The notes under the pieces are model-generated. The model was not told the DNA's origin and ran no database searches. It worked only from the letters and a program-made list of their open reading frames with translations. Made by a program: the position numbers and the translations under genes. DNA of 64,000 nucleotides, from positions 97,216,001-97,280,000 of the forward strand of contig NC_043003.1 of the NCBI RefSeq assembly GCF_006345805.1, in the 5' to 3' direction. Below are positions 13,357 to 25,920 of the stretch, piece after piece. The stretch comes from Octopus sinensis (lineage: Eukaryota). Numbering within the stretch: the first letter of the stretch is position 1; each line of letters begins with the position of its first letter.

Positions 13357-14042
13357 ATGTCACATTCTCTACTATATACATATATATACACATATATATA
13401 TATATATATATAATATATATATATAATATATATATATATATATTTAATAACGAACCATGTAATTCACACCCTGGAAAATTTATTTCTGTAAAATGTTAGG
13501 AGTGAGTAAAATTTCCGAGGCTTCCACCTCACCCTACCCCGTTTTTCGGCTCCCAAAAAGTGTTTTATAGCATATTAGGAGGTCACAGGAATTCATTCAA
13601 CGAAAAGAAATAAAAGAAATTTCCAATGATTCCAAGATGGGGGGACCTTCACCCTACCCCTTTTTTCCGGACCAAAATATGGGATTTGCAACATCTCAGG
13701 AGGTCGGAGTACTTGATTCCACGCAAAAAATCCGAAATCTAAAAAATTAGCCTTTGTTTTTCTTTTTCGTCATTGCTAGACAAGGGACTTAACTCATGTT
13801 AGTAAACTTACGGATTTCACCGACGTGGAAACTGGTAGAAGTTTTGGTTGAAAATTGATTTTTACCGCTATCCGCGGGTGCCTCGGGGAAAATAAGTTGA
13901 CAAAACACAGCCATGGTCGTGACCAATGTCCTTCTAAAATTGGAGTGACATGCGTGCTAATTTGTGGACGTGCATAAATTACATTCACGTACACACACAC
14001 TCGCGCACACACACACATCCTGCCTTTATATATATATATATA
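12368..14042 (-). mobile_element. Non-autonomous Helitron-like element with internal inserts
   Basis: CTAG at 12368-12371. Both ends match the element at 54623-55686 (attaagctaatcaag..tttcaaaccaaactaagtaa at one end; ctatccgcgggtgcctcggg..catgcgtgctaatttgtgga..tgcctttata at the other). Confidence 0.65.
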
Positions 14043-15107
14043 TCCTTTGCTCTTATTTTATCCTACTGTTGGTTACTTGCGCTCAATAATTCATCATGAT
14101 TTGCTCCTTGGTGTTTGGAGTTATATTCTCTTGCAATTGCATTCATTTTGAATTATTGTCATTTTTTTCAAATAATCTTCTGATTCAGAAATCCTGTATG
14201 CTTTTACTGCTTAGGCTATTGAATAAAACGACCTAAAGAGCGAGTTCTTTTCAGTTACATGATAAAAGGTTTTGCTTTTTTTATTGTAAAAATTAAGTAA
14301 AGTTTTATTATAAAAAAAAATAAAATAAAAATGTTTGCTTTTTTAAATAGTGCTAATATTGCTTGCAAATCTATCTAACTATTCAAACTTTATATTATTC
14401 ATTAAAAAATACAAGTTTTCAGAAAACTGACAATGGTAAAACATAGACCAGCCATTGATAACTTCATAGTAAATAGCGACATTTTCCATCCATTGCTTCT
14501 TTTATGATCAACAAAGAGTTGTCCATGATAAAAGCAAGACATTTTTTCACTCCACTCCAATCACCATTTATGTCCGACCCTAAGGTTCATTAATTATTAA
14601 AACATAACGATCATTAGTTTACAGGCACTTATAAAATTTCGTTGACTCACGCAGTATTGTCCTGTCAATTTGACGGAAAGTAGCAGCAAATTTTTTAAAT
14701 CTAACGGATTGTATTAAAAATATCTTCTAACAAACTTTTTGTGAATATATTCATACAAGGAGAAAAAATAAGAGCGGAAGGAAGGGGGTCATTTTTTGTG
14801 AGGTGTTTCGTCTTTATCAAATTGATGATTTAATAAGATTTTTTTTAATGAAGTAAACTAAGTATTAATAGAGCAAATAACGCTAATGTTAAGAGATCAC
14901 TTAATGTAGCACTACCAAATAAATGCAGTCGACATTTTTAGAATGCATTGAATACCAATAGAGAATACGATTGGTTGTAATATTTTTCCCATGCGTGACT
15001 GTGTACGTACATACACGTTTTATATGAATCAGAGATTTTTTAATGATATTATGGATAATGAATGATATGATATAATATGTAAAACGAATTCATTTTTTGT
15101 ACTATTT

Positions 15108-15175
<68 letters not shown>

Positions 15176-15178
<3 letters not shown>

Positions 15179-15515
15179 CGGAGATGTACTCGCATAGCAA
15201 GTAGTTTGATCTGAGATCGTGTGCTGAAACGAAAACAATTGCAGTGTGGAAGGTGTTTATAAGCCATTTAAGAAACACACAAAAGCCGTTCAATTCACTT
15301 CAACATTTAAGTTTAATTTGTCAAAATATTTTCGTCGCTAAAATCCGCGACCTGTTCACTGACAAAGTCCGTGCTCACGGACTTTGTCAGAGAACAGGTC
15401 GCGGATTTTAGCGACGAAAATATTTTGACAAATTAAACTTAAATGTTGAAGTGAATTGAACGGCTTTTGTGTGTTTCTTAAATGGCTTATAAACACCTTC
15501 CACGCTGCAATTGTT
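15176..15515. mobile_element. Fold-back (palindromic) non-coding element with hammerhead-like cores, in (TA)n
   Basis: 140-bp arms 15234-15373 / 15376-15515 with a 2-nt loop and 2 mismatches. A second family member lies at 54012-54258. Confidence 0.85.
15317..15366 (-). ncRNA. Minimal type I hammerhead-like ribozyme with G3-C8 core variant
   Basis: Minus strand: TTTGTCA-GTGAACA-G-GTCGC(ggatttta)GCGAC-GAA-AATATT-T-TGACAAA. Perfect 7-bp stem I, 5-bp stem II, palindromic stem III. Confidence 0.6.
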
Positions 15516-15555
15516 GTATTTATATATATTTATATATATATATATATATATATGT

Positions 15556-15945
15556 GGAGGCGCAATGGCCCAGTGGTTAGGGCAGCGGACTCGCGGTCGT
15601 AGGATCGCGGTTTCGATTCCCAGACCGGGCGTTGTGAGTGTTTATTGAGCAAAAACACCTAAAGCTCCGCGAGGCTCCGGCAGGGGATGGTGGTGATCCC
15701 TGCTGTACTCTTTCACCACAACTTTCTCTCACTCTTTGTTTCTGTTTCTGTTGTACCTGTATTTCAAAGGCCCGGCCTTGTCACTCTCTGTGTCACGCTG
15801 AATATCCCCGAGAACTACGTTGAGGGTACACGTGTCTGTGGAGTGCTCAGCCACTTACACGTTAATTTCACGAGCAGGCTGTTCCGTTGATTCGGATCAA
15901 CCGGAACCCTCATCGTCGGAACCGACAGAGTGCTTCCAATTCCAA
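15556..15945 (+). mobile_element. tRNA-derived SINE family C
   Basis: ggaggcgcaatggcccagtggttagggcagcggactcgcg...ggtttcgattccc (A and B boxes). Second copy at about 31127-31320. Confidence 0.82.
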
Positions 15946-15949
15946 TCCA

Positions 15950-15982
<33 letters not shown>

Positions 15983-16013
15983 GTGTGTGTGTTTGTGTGT
16001 GTGTGTGTGTGTA

Positions 16014-18452
16014 CAGTCTAACCTGTAAATAACGATTTTTTCCGTATAACGAACTCCAAAGAAAAGTTCGCTATTGGCAGATTTTTGTTAAATAAATGTC
16101 TTTGTTTTTGTTTTTTCGTCAACAATGAAAACGCTAACACTAATAGGCTTTAAGGATCAAGAAAGCACTTTTGATTATTAATTGATCCGAGAGAAGTGAG
16201 AAGAGATTTTACACTTTTTCTACGTTCGTTTACGCCTTCTACGTTTCTGTGCTTCCTCTTACATCTCCCTCTCTCAATACCACCAGATTTTGTTACTTGG
16301 AGTTTTACCCATCTGCATTGTTGAGGCTTCCAAAACAATTATTCTTCATATTTTTTTCATTTTTACAGCATTATTAGTATTCCGAATTCTTTAAAGTTTA
16401 CTAGGAAATTCTTAACAAATTATATTTTTCATTTTGAAATTACAAACAAAATAATATACAACCGCATGGCGGAACAACATAAACGGAATGCATATTCTAT
16501 CAAAACTAAAAAGGAAGTTCTTGATGATTTGAAAAAACACAAAGCTTCATTTATAATGAAAAAGAGAAACATACCAAAATCAACAATATCCGAACTTTGA
16601 AAAAATGAGAAAAAAATATGTACTTATCGTGATATACTTCAATCGGGAAATAATTTAAATATGAAAAATTACAACCAATTAATCAATTAAACCAAGGTAG
16701 ACGAATCACTTATTGAAGAACTTTAAAATATTAGATCACAAAAAATCCCAATAAATGAGAATATCATCAAACAAAAAACTCTGGAAATTGCGAAAGAGAA
16801 CGAGGAAAAGGCCAGTAATGAGTGGTTAAATTCTTTTTTAAAAAGAAATAATGTTAAATTTAAAACCGGTACTGAAGTTGACGTGTCTGAAAATGAAATA
16901 AATGAACTTCGTGATAAATTTAAAGTCAAACTTCTTGAATATAATGCAGAAAATATCTTTAACACAGATGAAACTGCAATGTTCTACAAAAAATTGCCGA
17001 CTAAATGTTGTTTTTCCTAACGATGATAATACAAAATTAAAGGAATCAAAAGAAAGAATTACAATATTATTGACATGTAGTGCAACTGGTGAGAAGTTAA
17101 AACCCCTTTTTATTGGAAAAGTCTAAAACCCCGTTGTTTCACGAATATTGACATTTCGGAACAGGAATTTTATCATAAAAACAACAATACGGCATAGATG
17201 ACGGAAAACAGTTTCATTTTACCTAAAAGAAATCAATTACGAATTTTTTAAACAACAGAGGGAAGTATTGTTGCTCCAGCTGGCAGAAACGTTAGCACGC
17301 CGTGCAAAATGCGTAGCCGTATTTCGTCTGCCGTTACGTTCTGAGTTCAAATTCCGCCGAGGTTGACTTTGCCTTTCATCCTTTCGGGGTCGATAAATTA
17401 AGTACCAGTTACGCACTGGGGTCGATGTGATCGACTTAATCCATTTGTCTGTCCTTGTTTGTCCCCTCTATGTTTAGCCCCTTGTGGGTAGTTAAGAAAT
17501 AGATAATGCAGTGTGTCTCAAACAACAAAGCTTTTCAAATATAGAACTTTTTTTCTACTCCCGAATACAAAAGCAAATTTACAAACTTTAGACGAAGGAA
17601 TAATTTGTTCATTTAAATGATTTTTATTAAAAATTTGGTTAATAAAGAAAGAATCGATTCAAAAAGAACATCATTATTGGATATTTTTTGGTCAGTCCAG
17701 GCATGGGGTTCGGTTGTAAAAGAGACAATTGTAAATTGCTGGAAAAATTTAGGTCTACAAAAACAGAATTCAATGAGTGAAGATTCGCTTCAAAACAAAT
17801 CATCTGGATTAGGTTTTAAAAATGGGGAATACGAGCTGCAATGCGCACTTAAGGAACTCAAAAATTAAAATATGATGCTGTTACTTTTACTAAACTAAAA
17901 AATTATAAAACAAGAAAAACAGAATGTTGCAATAATCTAGATGAAACAAAAGATTCGAATGATAAATTCCAAATCTCTAAATAATGATATGGAAGAAAAG
18001 ACAACTGACGAAGACAAGTTAATAAAGCTGATTTTAAAAAATACTTTGAATTAATCAATGAACTTAAAATGCTTAGTTCAAAGGTTTGCCCTGTAAGTTT
18101 AAAGCACATATTTTCAGCAGAAAAAGATATTAATAGCCTACTTAACAGTAGAAAGAGACAAAAAAAGTGTTTTTTTTTTAATTTATGACACTTGCAAAGA
18201 AGAATTGAGCATCATAGATAAGAGCACAAATCTTAACTTTAAATTTTTACGTCTTTTGTTTATACATTGTGTTTTTTTTTTATAATAATGTCAAAATAAC
18301 CAACTTTTCTTTAAAAATACTACTTCAAAATCATAATTAAGATAAATAAATGCATGGAAACAACTTAAAGGTTCGTTCTTGACAGATATTTATATTAAAA
18401 ACTCGCTCAATAACGAACTTTCAAAAATTTCGTGAAACAAAAAGTTCGTTAT
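16014..18452 (+). mobile_element. Decayed Tigger/pogo DNA transposon (CENP-B-like HTH and DDE_1), interrupted by a SINE
   Basis: TA-CAGT start and subterminal ataacgaact/agttcgttat repeats. From ATG 16466: MAEQHKRNAYSIKTKKEVL...IPKSTISEL; ASNEWLNSFLKRN; NIFNTDETAMFYKKLP; KESKERITILLTCSATGEKLKPLFIGK. Many stops and frameshifts; right end lost in (TATG)n. Confidence 0.85.
17278..17502 (+). mobile_element. SINE family A nested in the Tigger transposase
   Basis: Near-identical to the copies at 3010, 23681 and 28380. Confidence 0.88.
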
Positions 18453-18603
18453 GTATGTATGTATGTATGTATGTATGTATGTATGTATGTATGTATGTAT
18501 GTATGTATGTATGTATGTATGTATATTATATACACATATTTATATATTTACATACATATATATGTGTGCGTGTATATATCTATATATATATATACATATA
18601 TAT

Positions 18604-19000
18604 AGGCGTAGGAGTGGTTGTGTGGTAAGTAGCTTGCTTACGAACCTCATGGTTCCGGGTTCAGTCCCACTGCATGGCACCTTGGGCAAGTGTCTTCAGC
18701 TATAGCCTCGGGCCGACCAAAGCCTTGTGAGTGGATTTGGTAAACGGAAACTGAAAGAAGCCCGTCGTGTATATGTACATATATATATGTGTGTGCATGT
18801 TTGTGTGTCTGTGTTTGTCCCCCAACATCGCTTGACAACCAATGCTGGTGTGTTTACGTCCCCATAACTTAGTGGTTCGGCAAAACAGACCGATAGAATA
18901 AATACTAGGCTTACAAATAATAAGTCCTGGGGTCGATTTGCTCGACCAAAGGTGGTGCTCCATCATGGCCACAGTCACATGACGGAAACAAGTCAAAGAG
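18604..19000 (+). mobile_element. SINE family B, full length
   Basis: Same head, CORE-like segment and tail as 10617-11030. Confidence 0.88.
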
Positions 19001-19099
19001 TAGATATTGTAGGTGCATACATTCAAAGGTACATATGTATGAATGTTATATTGTAAACAGAATTCTATTGTCTTTTGGTTTTGTTTTGTTTTTCTTGTA

Positions 19100-20460
19100 T
19101 TAATATTTTTCTTCTTGTTTCATATATATTCCTTGCAGTTTGTTTGGGAAAATTAAATTCGTAAATTTCTCATCAATATTTCTATACATTCGCAATCTCA
19201 TCTGTTTACAGTGGCAATGGTGTGCGTTGCTTCTTCTTACCTCCTTCTCCATAGCACTTAATGCCATCAACAATCAGGTATTACTAGTTTAGAATAGTAG
19301 TATAGAGGGAGTATTGCTTCTTTCATTAATCAGTCGTATTTGTGAGGAATTTTGTGTTATATAGACGTGTTGGTTACAAATGTTTTTCTACACTATTTTC
19401 TTTTGTGTTACGTGATGCCAAATATATCAGATGGAGGTGTAAACTTCACAACTTCCGCGTTTACAATCAAATTTGCGTATCTCGCTGATAATTAGTAGCT
19501 ACTCTGCGTATGTAGTTTGTAACGGATATTTTTATATTTACAATTACAATATTTTTATTGTATATTATTAGTATTTGCTTATGGATCGATGCAATGAATT
19601 TTGTGTTCTATTTTACGTTTGTGACGTGTTCATCTACCCTATAGTTTGTGGGTATTAAATTTTTACAGTTCACTTTGTGTAATTTGTTTATCTTTAATGG
19701 GTGGAGTTCCTGGTGCATTTCTGTCTATATTATTCCCGTGTTAGTGTCATTTTTAGATTTCTTTATGTAACGTTTCGTTTTTGAGTGAGAATCTATTTAA
19801 ATGCACTTTTATGTAGGGTTTTCCGCCACTAACATTTTTATGTATGCACATACACTTTATTTAAGTGAAGCCGTTCATGTGAATCTTTAGTGTAAACGGA
19901 TATGACGTATCTATTTTTTTCTATCTTACTATTAATGCTTAGAAATGGATTTAGTATATTACAAGAAGTTTTGTTTGTTACGAATGTCAAATCTTAGCAG
20001 AGAGTTCTTTTTCTGAGACGTCTTTTAATTTCTCGACATCTTCCAGTGTTTCCTTTATAACAAATTATACATCGTATGTTTAGGCCATAGTTCAATTTTT
20101 TCTTTTGTCGTCAGGTAGAATATCGCGAATGTTTGGTGCCAAAAGCGAACCCATAGATACTCTATCTAGCTCATATAACTTCACTTGAGGACAGCTAAAT
20201 ATAATTTTGTTGTAAAGGGTACTATGTTATTTACAACAATGAGTGTTTTTATCGTACAAATCATTTAGTATAGTTTTTTTTTTCTTGCATTTGCCACTGA
20301 AACGTTGGCAAACAGACTTTCAACTAATTTGTTCTTTCTAAGTGTTCTTTCGTTAGTTCTTTCTAAGATCTCTAGAAACTCTTCGACTGAACATATCCTT
20401 TACTTGTCCGGCGTATGCCACTTATTTCTAATTGCTAACCGATATTGTGTGCTGATGTTT
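19100..20460 (-). mobile_element. Highly decayed Penelope-like retroelement RT region
   Basis: Manual minus-strand translation near 20110-20210 gives FSCPQVKLYELDRVSMGSLLAPNI (cf. PLE RT Y.Q.DGVAMGSPL.P). Near 19890-19960 it gives PFLSIN...ISVYTK (cf. PFLD...TSVYRK). Boundaries approximate. Confidence 0.55.
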
Positions 20461-20609
20461 ATAGGCTGTGTGCTAAGAAGTTTTCTTCCCAGCCACATAG
20501 TTCCAGGTTCAGTCCCACTGCGTGGCACATTGGGCAGGTATTTTCTATTATAGCCCTAGGCCGACCAAAGACTTGTTAGCGGGATAGGTGGACGAAAACT
20601 GAAGGAAGT

Positions 20610-20679
<70 letters not shown>

Positions 20680-21721
20680 TGGTGTGTGTGTATGTTATTC
20701 AGTTCTATTTCATGGTTTCTTGTGAACTGAGAAAGACCCAGTTTCTAACCTAGATCCAAGGCTCCTTCATTGGAATTTCAACATCGACATGTATGTATGT
20801 ATGTATGTGTGTATGTATGTATGTATGTGTGTATGTATGTATGGATGGATGGATGGATGTACGTACGTACGTATTTATTAAGTTCAACTTTTAATTAGGT
20901 ATACTCTACTTGCTTACGATTTTACTTTTGTTATTGAGAAAATTTATAATTTTTGGTAAAAAAAATATGTATAATTTTTTGTAATATATACGTCTTTATA
21001 ATTACAAAAGTGTTTAAGGCAGGAAGCTTGCAGAAATATTAGCATGCCGAACAAAATGTTTTAAGGGCAATTCTTTCGGCTTTTTAACGTTCTGAATTCA
21101 AACACCGCTGAAGTCGACTTTGCCTTTCATTCTTTCGGAGTCGCTAAAATAATAACCCGTTGAGCACTGGGATCAATGTAGTGAACTTCACCCTCCCCTC
21201 AAAATTGCTGGCCTTGTACCAAAAATTGGAAAGAATAATTTCAAATGTTTTCATTATTACATACGTCCCATAATTGTACTAGTTCGCTCGTGTCGTCAAG
21301 ATAGCATTTTAAAGGAACAAGTCGAAACTAGTATCAAATACATACAGTGACAAAACATATATTTGATACAAACTTGTTACAACACATTGTATATTTCCAG
21401 GTTAGGTTCTGATTAAATTTCGTTCGCCAAAAGTAGTATATTTTGTCAATAATCAATGGGGCATGTATATTATACACATATAATATAAATATCGTTATGA
21501 GTTACCTTGTGTATAAAGTGGTTATAGTAAAACATACATACATCGCAGTATGCAAATTTTATTCAAATTGCATTCTCTACACATATAAATTGGTTTCTGT
21601 ATAATATATATTACAATTTTCATGTACTTATATATTCATATTTTCAATATACCTACATAATATACATTATAAACATTAATAATTTAGACTTTCCTTCATT
21701 TTGTTAACATAGCTGGTATAT

Positions 21722-21786
<65 letters not shown>

Positions 21787-23533
21787 AGAGAGAGAGAAGT
21801 ATTATGTAGTTTCAAGCTTAATTAAAAAGATTTTTTATTACGATATTTTGTGAAGAATCTATTTCCAATCATATTTCTATGATCATCATTTCTGTGTACA
21901 ACTTCAGATTATTCTTATATTTGGCAAATATATTTATAATATACAATGAAGTTTATCGTAAAAGATACGTCTTTATAATTACACGTCTTTAGAATCAAGA
22001 AATCATTAATCTGATTATTTTTACATACGATTTCATTTCAATTATGCGGAACGTGTTTGAGTTTATTGTTTATAGTTTGTTATTACCCGTGCATATATAT
22101 ATATGTGTGTGTTTATAATAATCCTTCAGAGTAAGTCTTGAAGTATATTATTGATAATTATAATGTGCTTATCTCCGATTTTCTCAGGGAATTGGTGAAG
22201 CACTTTGGGTTGGGTTTTCTCTTTCAGTTGTAAGGGGAAAGTAATACGGAGCGTGAAGATTAAAATTTCATAGTGGATGAATGTATGTTGTGGAAAGTTT
22301 ATTTTAACGTAGTTGTTTTCCTTTTGGTGGATTTAAACTCAGTACTGCAATACTAATAAAATATTTTTCTGTTAGGTAATATCTTGAAGTGAATTTTATT
22401 GATCATGATAACAGCGATTATATGCAAACCAACGATACTACTTTTGCTATGAAGATACGCTGTCGACTTTGTTGCAAATTCATTTTCTGATAAATATATT
22501 TAAACTTGAATGTTGCTCTGTACCAAAAGAACTTTCTAGCTCTCTGTATCTCTTCTTTTCTTTTCGTTATTCTCTTATTTCTTTCTTCCCCGCTTCCTGT
22601 CCTGCTAGCTATCAGACTCTTGGGGCTATATTTCGCACTGAGAATACAATGTCAGAATTATTCTACAAGTTGCGATTGGAATAAAAAAATTAAGGTTAAC
22701 AACTAGCAGTTGCCGACCTAGATTTAATAACTAGAACAGTTACTTGCATAATATGTGAACTTTTTTCAGTTGAATTGCCTCCGTATCTTGATCTCAGGAG
22801 ATAAAACTAACTGCACTAAATTATTTTCATTAATCACAGCTGGAAAAATACGAAGCAGATGACTTATCTACGGGCTGTGCCTACAAGTATGATGTGACAA
22901 AGAATATAATTAATAAGATATAAGAAGGACTGAGTGATAGAATTAGTCGAGTATCAGTATCTAAATTAATCCATCATTTTGTTAATTTTCTACCGAGTTT
23001 GACATTGCCTTTCATTCTTCTGCATTTCATTAATTAAAAACCTATCAATAACTATCCGTTTCAAAATATAGCTGGCTTTGTATCTATGTAAAAAATTATT
23101 GGTAGTAGTGAAAGTGAAATGATCGGAAGTGTACTGGTGAAAATGCCTTGTGGTTTTTAATTGGATCCTTATTTTTATTTTTTAAAAGTCTGTTAATTAT
23201 TTCATCAGTCCCGTTTGCCGAAGCGCTAATTTGCGGGGACGTAAACAAACCAATAACGGTTGTCAATCGTGTTGTCCAATATATTTTTTATTCAAGACTG
23301 TAGGATAAGATTTGAGGGAGATTTGATTGTTAATTCCAGCAAATCGAATGACCATACAGAATGACCCCTTGTTCAATACTGAGACCAAACGACATATATC
23401 GAAGTGACATTACATGGGGGGAAGGAAATATCATTAGGCAGTGATAGAGCAGACAGACCAAAAGATCAAAAGATGCAGTCGTCCGTTAGAAAACAACTCT
23501 CCTTCTCTGTCTCTCACCCTTTCCCTCTTTCTT

Positions 23534-23573
<40 letters not shown>

Positions 23574-23680
23574 ATTTCTATACCTATTTGTGCGTGAAGA
23601 ATGGTATTATTAGTGACGTGGAGGTGGGGAAGGCAGTGTTATGATTACATACAAATATATCTATTATAATAACGCTTTTT

Positions 23681-23913
23681 AAGGCGGCGAGCTGGCAGAA
23701 TCGTTAGCACGTCGGGTGAAATGCTTAGCGTTATTTCGTCTGCCGCTACGTTCTGAGTTCAAATTCCGCCGAGGTCGACTTTGCCTTTCATCCTTTCGGG
23801 GTCGATAAATAAAGTACCAGTTTCGCACTGGGGTCGTTGTAATCGACTTAATCCCTTTGTCTGTCCTTATTTGTACCCTCTATGTTTAGCCCCTTGTGGG
23901 CAATAAAGAAATA
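23681..23913 (+). mobile_element. SINE family A, full length with TSD
   Basis: aaggcggcgagctggcagaatcgttagc...aaagaaata; flanked by a tataataa(c/t)gcttttt direct repeat. Confidence 0.9.
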
Positions 23914-24070
23914 TATAATAATGCTTTTTTTGCATATTATTTTTACACGATTAGTACCCTTAATGTTTTCGTTTCATCATGTATCTAATAAAATCAAAAG
24001 TTGTTGTTTTTCAGGTGTTGACAATAAATTTCAATAAATGAGTTCATTAATTTTATTTTTTCTATTTCAG

Positions 24071-24187
24071 AATGGAATAGCTGGACCATTCTGGTATGCT
24101 GTCGGTGTCATGATAAACATACTAATTTTCCCCATCCTTTCTGTACATTTCAAGACACGTGCACCAGGAGCAAAAACATATCTTCAA
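24071..24187 (+). CDS. DUR3: DUR3-like transporter exon (missed by the ORF track)
   Basis: tttctatttcAG acceptor, CAA|GTGAGT donor, 117 nt, phase 0/0. Encodes NGIAGPFWYAVGVMINILIFPILSVHFKTRAPGAKTYLQ, the DUR3 hallmark G..GPFWYA.G...K..AP.A.T. Confidence 0.93.
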
Positions 24188-24559
24188 GTGAGTTTTCAAA
24201 TGTCTATATATTTTTAGGAGTTAAATTACCATACTTTATCGTTGTAACTACCACCAAGTTAGCTATTCCATATTGCTGGTATTTCACTGACGAAGTTATG
24301 TACATGTTTCTTGTTAATGACTTGATTTATTTTTCGAATTCATTTCTTTTTTCTTTTATCGTCTGTAAACTATGCAGTAAGTTTTCTTGATTAAGATTAC
24401 AGAAAGCTCAGATAAAAATTATTGAGACATTTTAAAAAATAAATGAAATTAAATATTTTTAAAGACAGTATTCTGAAGATCAAAATTATTTTGTTCCCCA
24501 AAGCCTGTCAGTTATTTCATTTCAAGGTAGTACCTCAAATTTAAGTGGCCGTGTCGTAC

Positions 24560-25000
24560 CCTTAACTAGATGTCAGAATCTAAAACTAAATCCACTGGAT
24601 AACTCTTCTTTGATTTATCTAACATACAACCTTACCCTCATCCATATCACGAATCCTATTATTCTCAGAGACACAAATCTTTCTGCCCTTGTATATAGTA
24701 CTTCCCTGTTATTCAGGCTACAGTTTGTACTCAACCTTAGCTTCGAAAAGAGGTGTCTGCGCGTACATAGATATCACTCCTACATCTCTCATCTGTCTCA
24801 CATGGATATCAACAACAAGAACCTTCAGCTATTTTGGTTATTTCTGCTCCTTTTATCCTTCTCTGAACACATCCAAACTCCGACAATACTTCAACCATAT
24901 TCATTCCACCTCTTCTCTGAAACCATCGTCCTCAGTGACTTTAACGTTCACAACTTTTCTTGGCTCGCACTTTCGAACTGTCTTACTACAATGGACGTTA
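24560..25000 (+). mobile_element. Decayed LINE apurinic-endonuclease fragment
   Basis: ORF-track fragments SKRGVCAYI and IVLSDFNVHNFSWL resemble APE motifs GG...Y and GDFN.H...W. A matching LINE 3'-like relic (SHYFQSFHSRT...DLQLCKHNV) lies at about 26870-27230. Confidence 0.5.
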
Positions 25001-25391
25001 TATCCGTCTGTCTGTCCGTCTGTCTGTTCCCTCTTCACGGTCGAACGGCTGGATCATTGGTCATGATGATTTTCAGGATTACGAAGGAGGTAATCAGGAA
25101 GGTATTTAGCAAAAAAAGAATATGAAAAAAGTATATTTAGTGGATATTGAGTTTTGTATTAATAAATCACCTTTGACTTTTCTTGTTAAAATTCCGGCGA
25201 AGAATAGTTCGTGAATTTAGAGGGTTTAGATTTACGATACTATCCCTTTATTTCCCATCGTAGATGGGCAGATTTGCTATCTTACTATAATGGGCGTTAT
25301 GTCCGTCTGTCCGTTTCTTTGTCTGTTCCCTCTTCACCGCCAGACAGCTGGACCAATGATTACAATATTTTTCGGGATTACAAACCTGGAC

Positions 25392-25417
25392 TCTCATTCC
25401 TAAGGTATTTTTCGATG

Positions 25418-25515
<98 letters not shown>

Positions 25516-25920
25516 TATTATTATTATTATTATTCAGGTCACTGCCTGGAATCGAACTCGGAATCCTGGCGCAGGCTACTAGCCCCAAGATTCCGAGTTC
25601 GATTCCAGGCAGTGACCTGAAGAAGAAGAAGAAGAAGAAGAAGAAGAAGAAGAAGAAGAAGAAGAAGAAGAAGAAGAAGAAGAAGAAGAAGAAGAAGAAG
25701 AAGAAGAAGAAGAAGAAGAAGAAGAAGAAGAAGAAGAAGAAGAAGAAGATCGAAAAATACCTTAGGAATGAGAACCGAGGTTCGAAATTTCCCCAAGACA
25801 CCTGATGAAGGCTGGAGGGTATATCAGCCGAAACGTGTTAACAACAAACAAGATGAGGACAAATATCAGTCTAATGTAAATAATGTACGTAATTCCTCAT
25901 CTCTTAAATATAGAACTGTG
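25392..25920 (+). mobile_element. Fold-back element: tRNA-like B-box head, trinucleotide run and hammerhead-like tail
   Basis: Inverted pairs 25392-25416/25749-25773 and 25533-25565/25589-25621; B box gagttcgattcc; (ATT)n in the left arm, (GAA)n in the right arm; CTGATGA-A-GGCTG..CAGCC-GAAAC at 25802-25834. Confidence 0.75.

Noticed and set aside
15556-15630. tRNA-like sequences here and at 7111, 10617 and 31127
   Set aside because: They are SINE heads continuing into repeat bodies; no complete cloverleaf or terminator.
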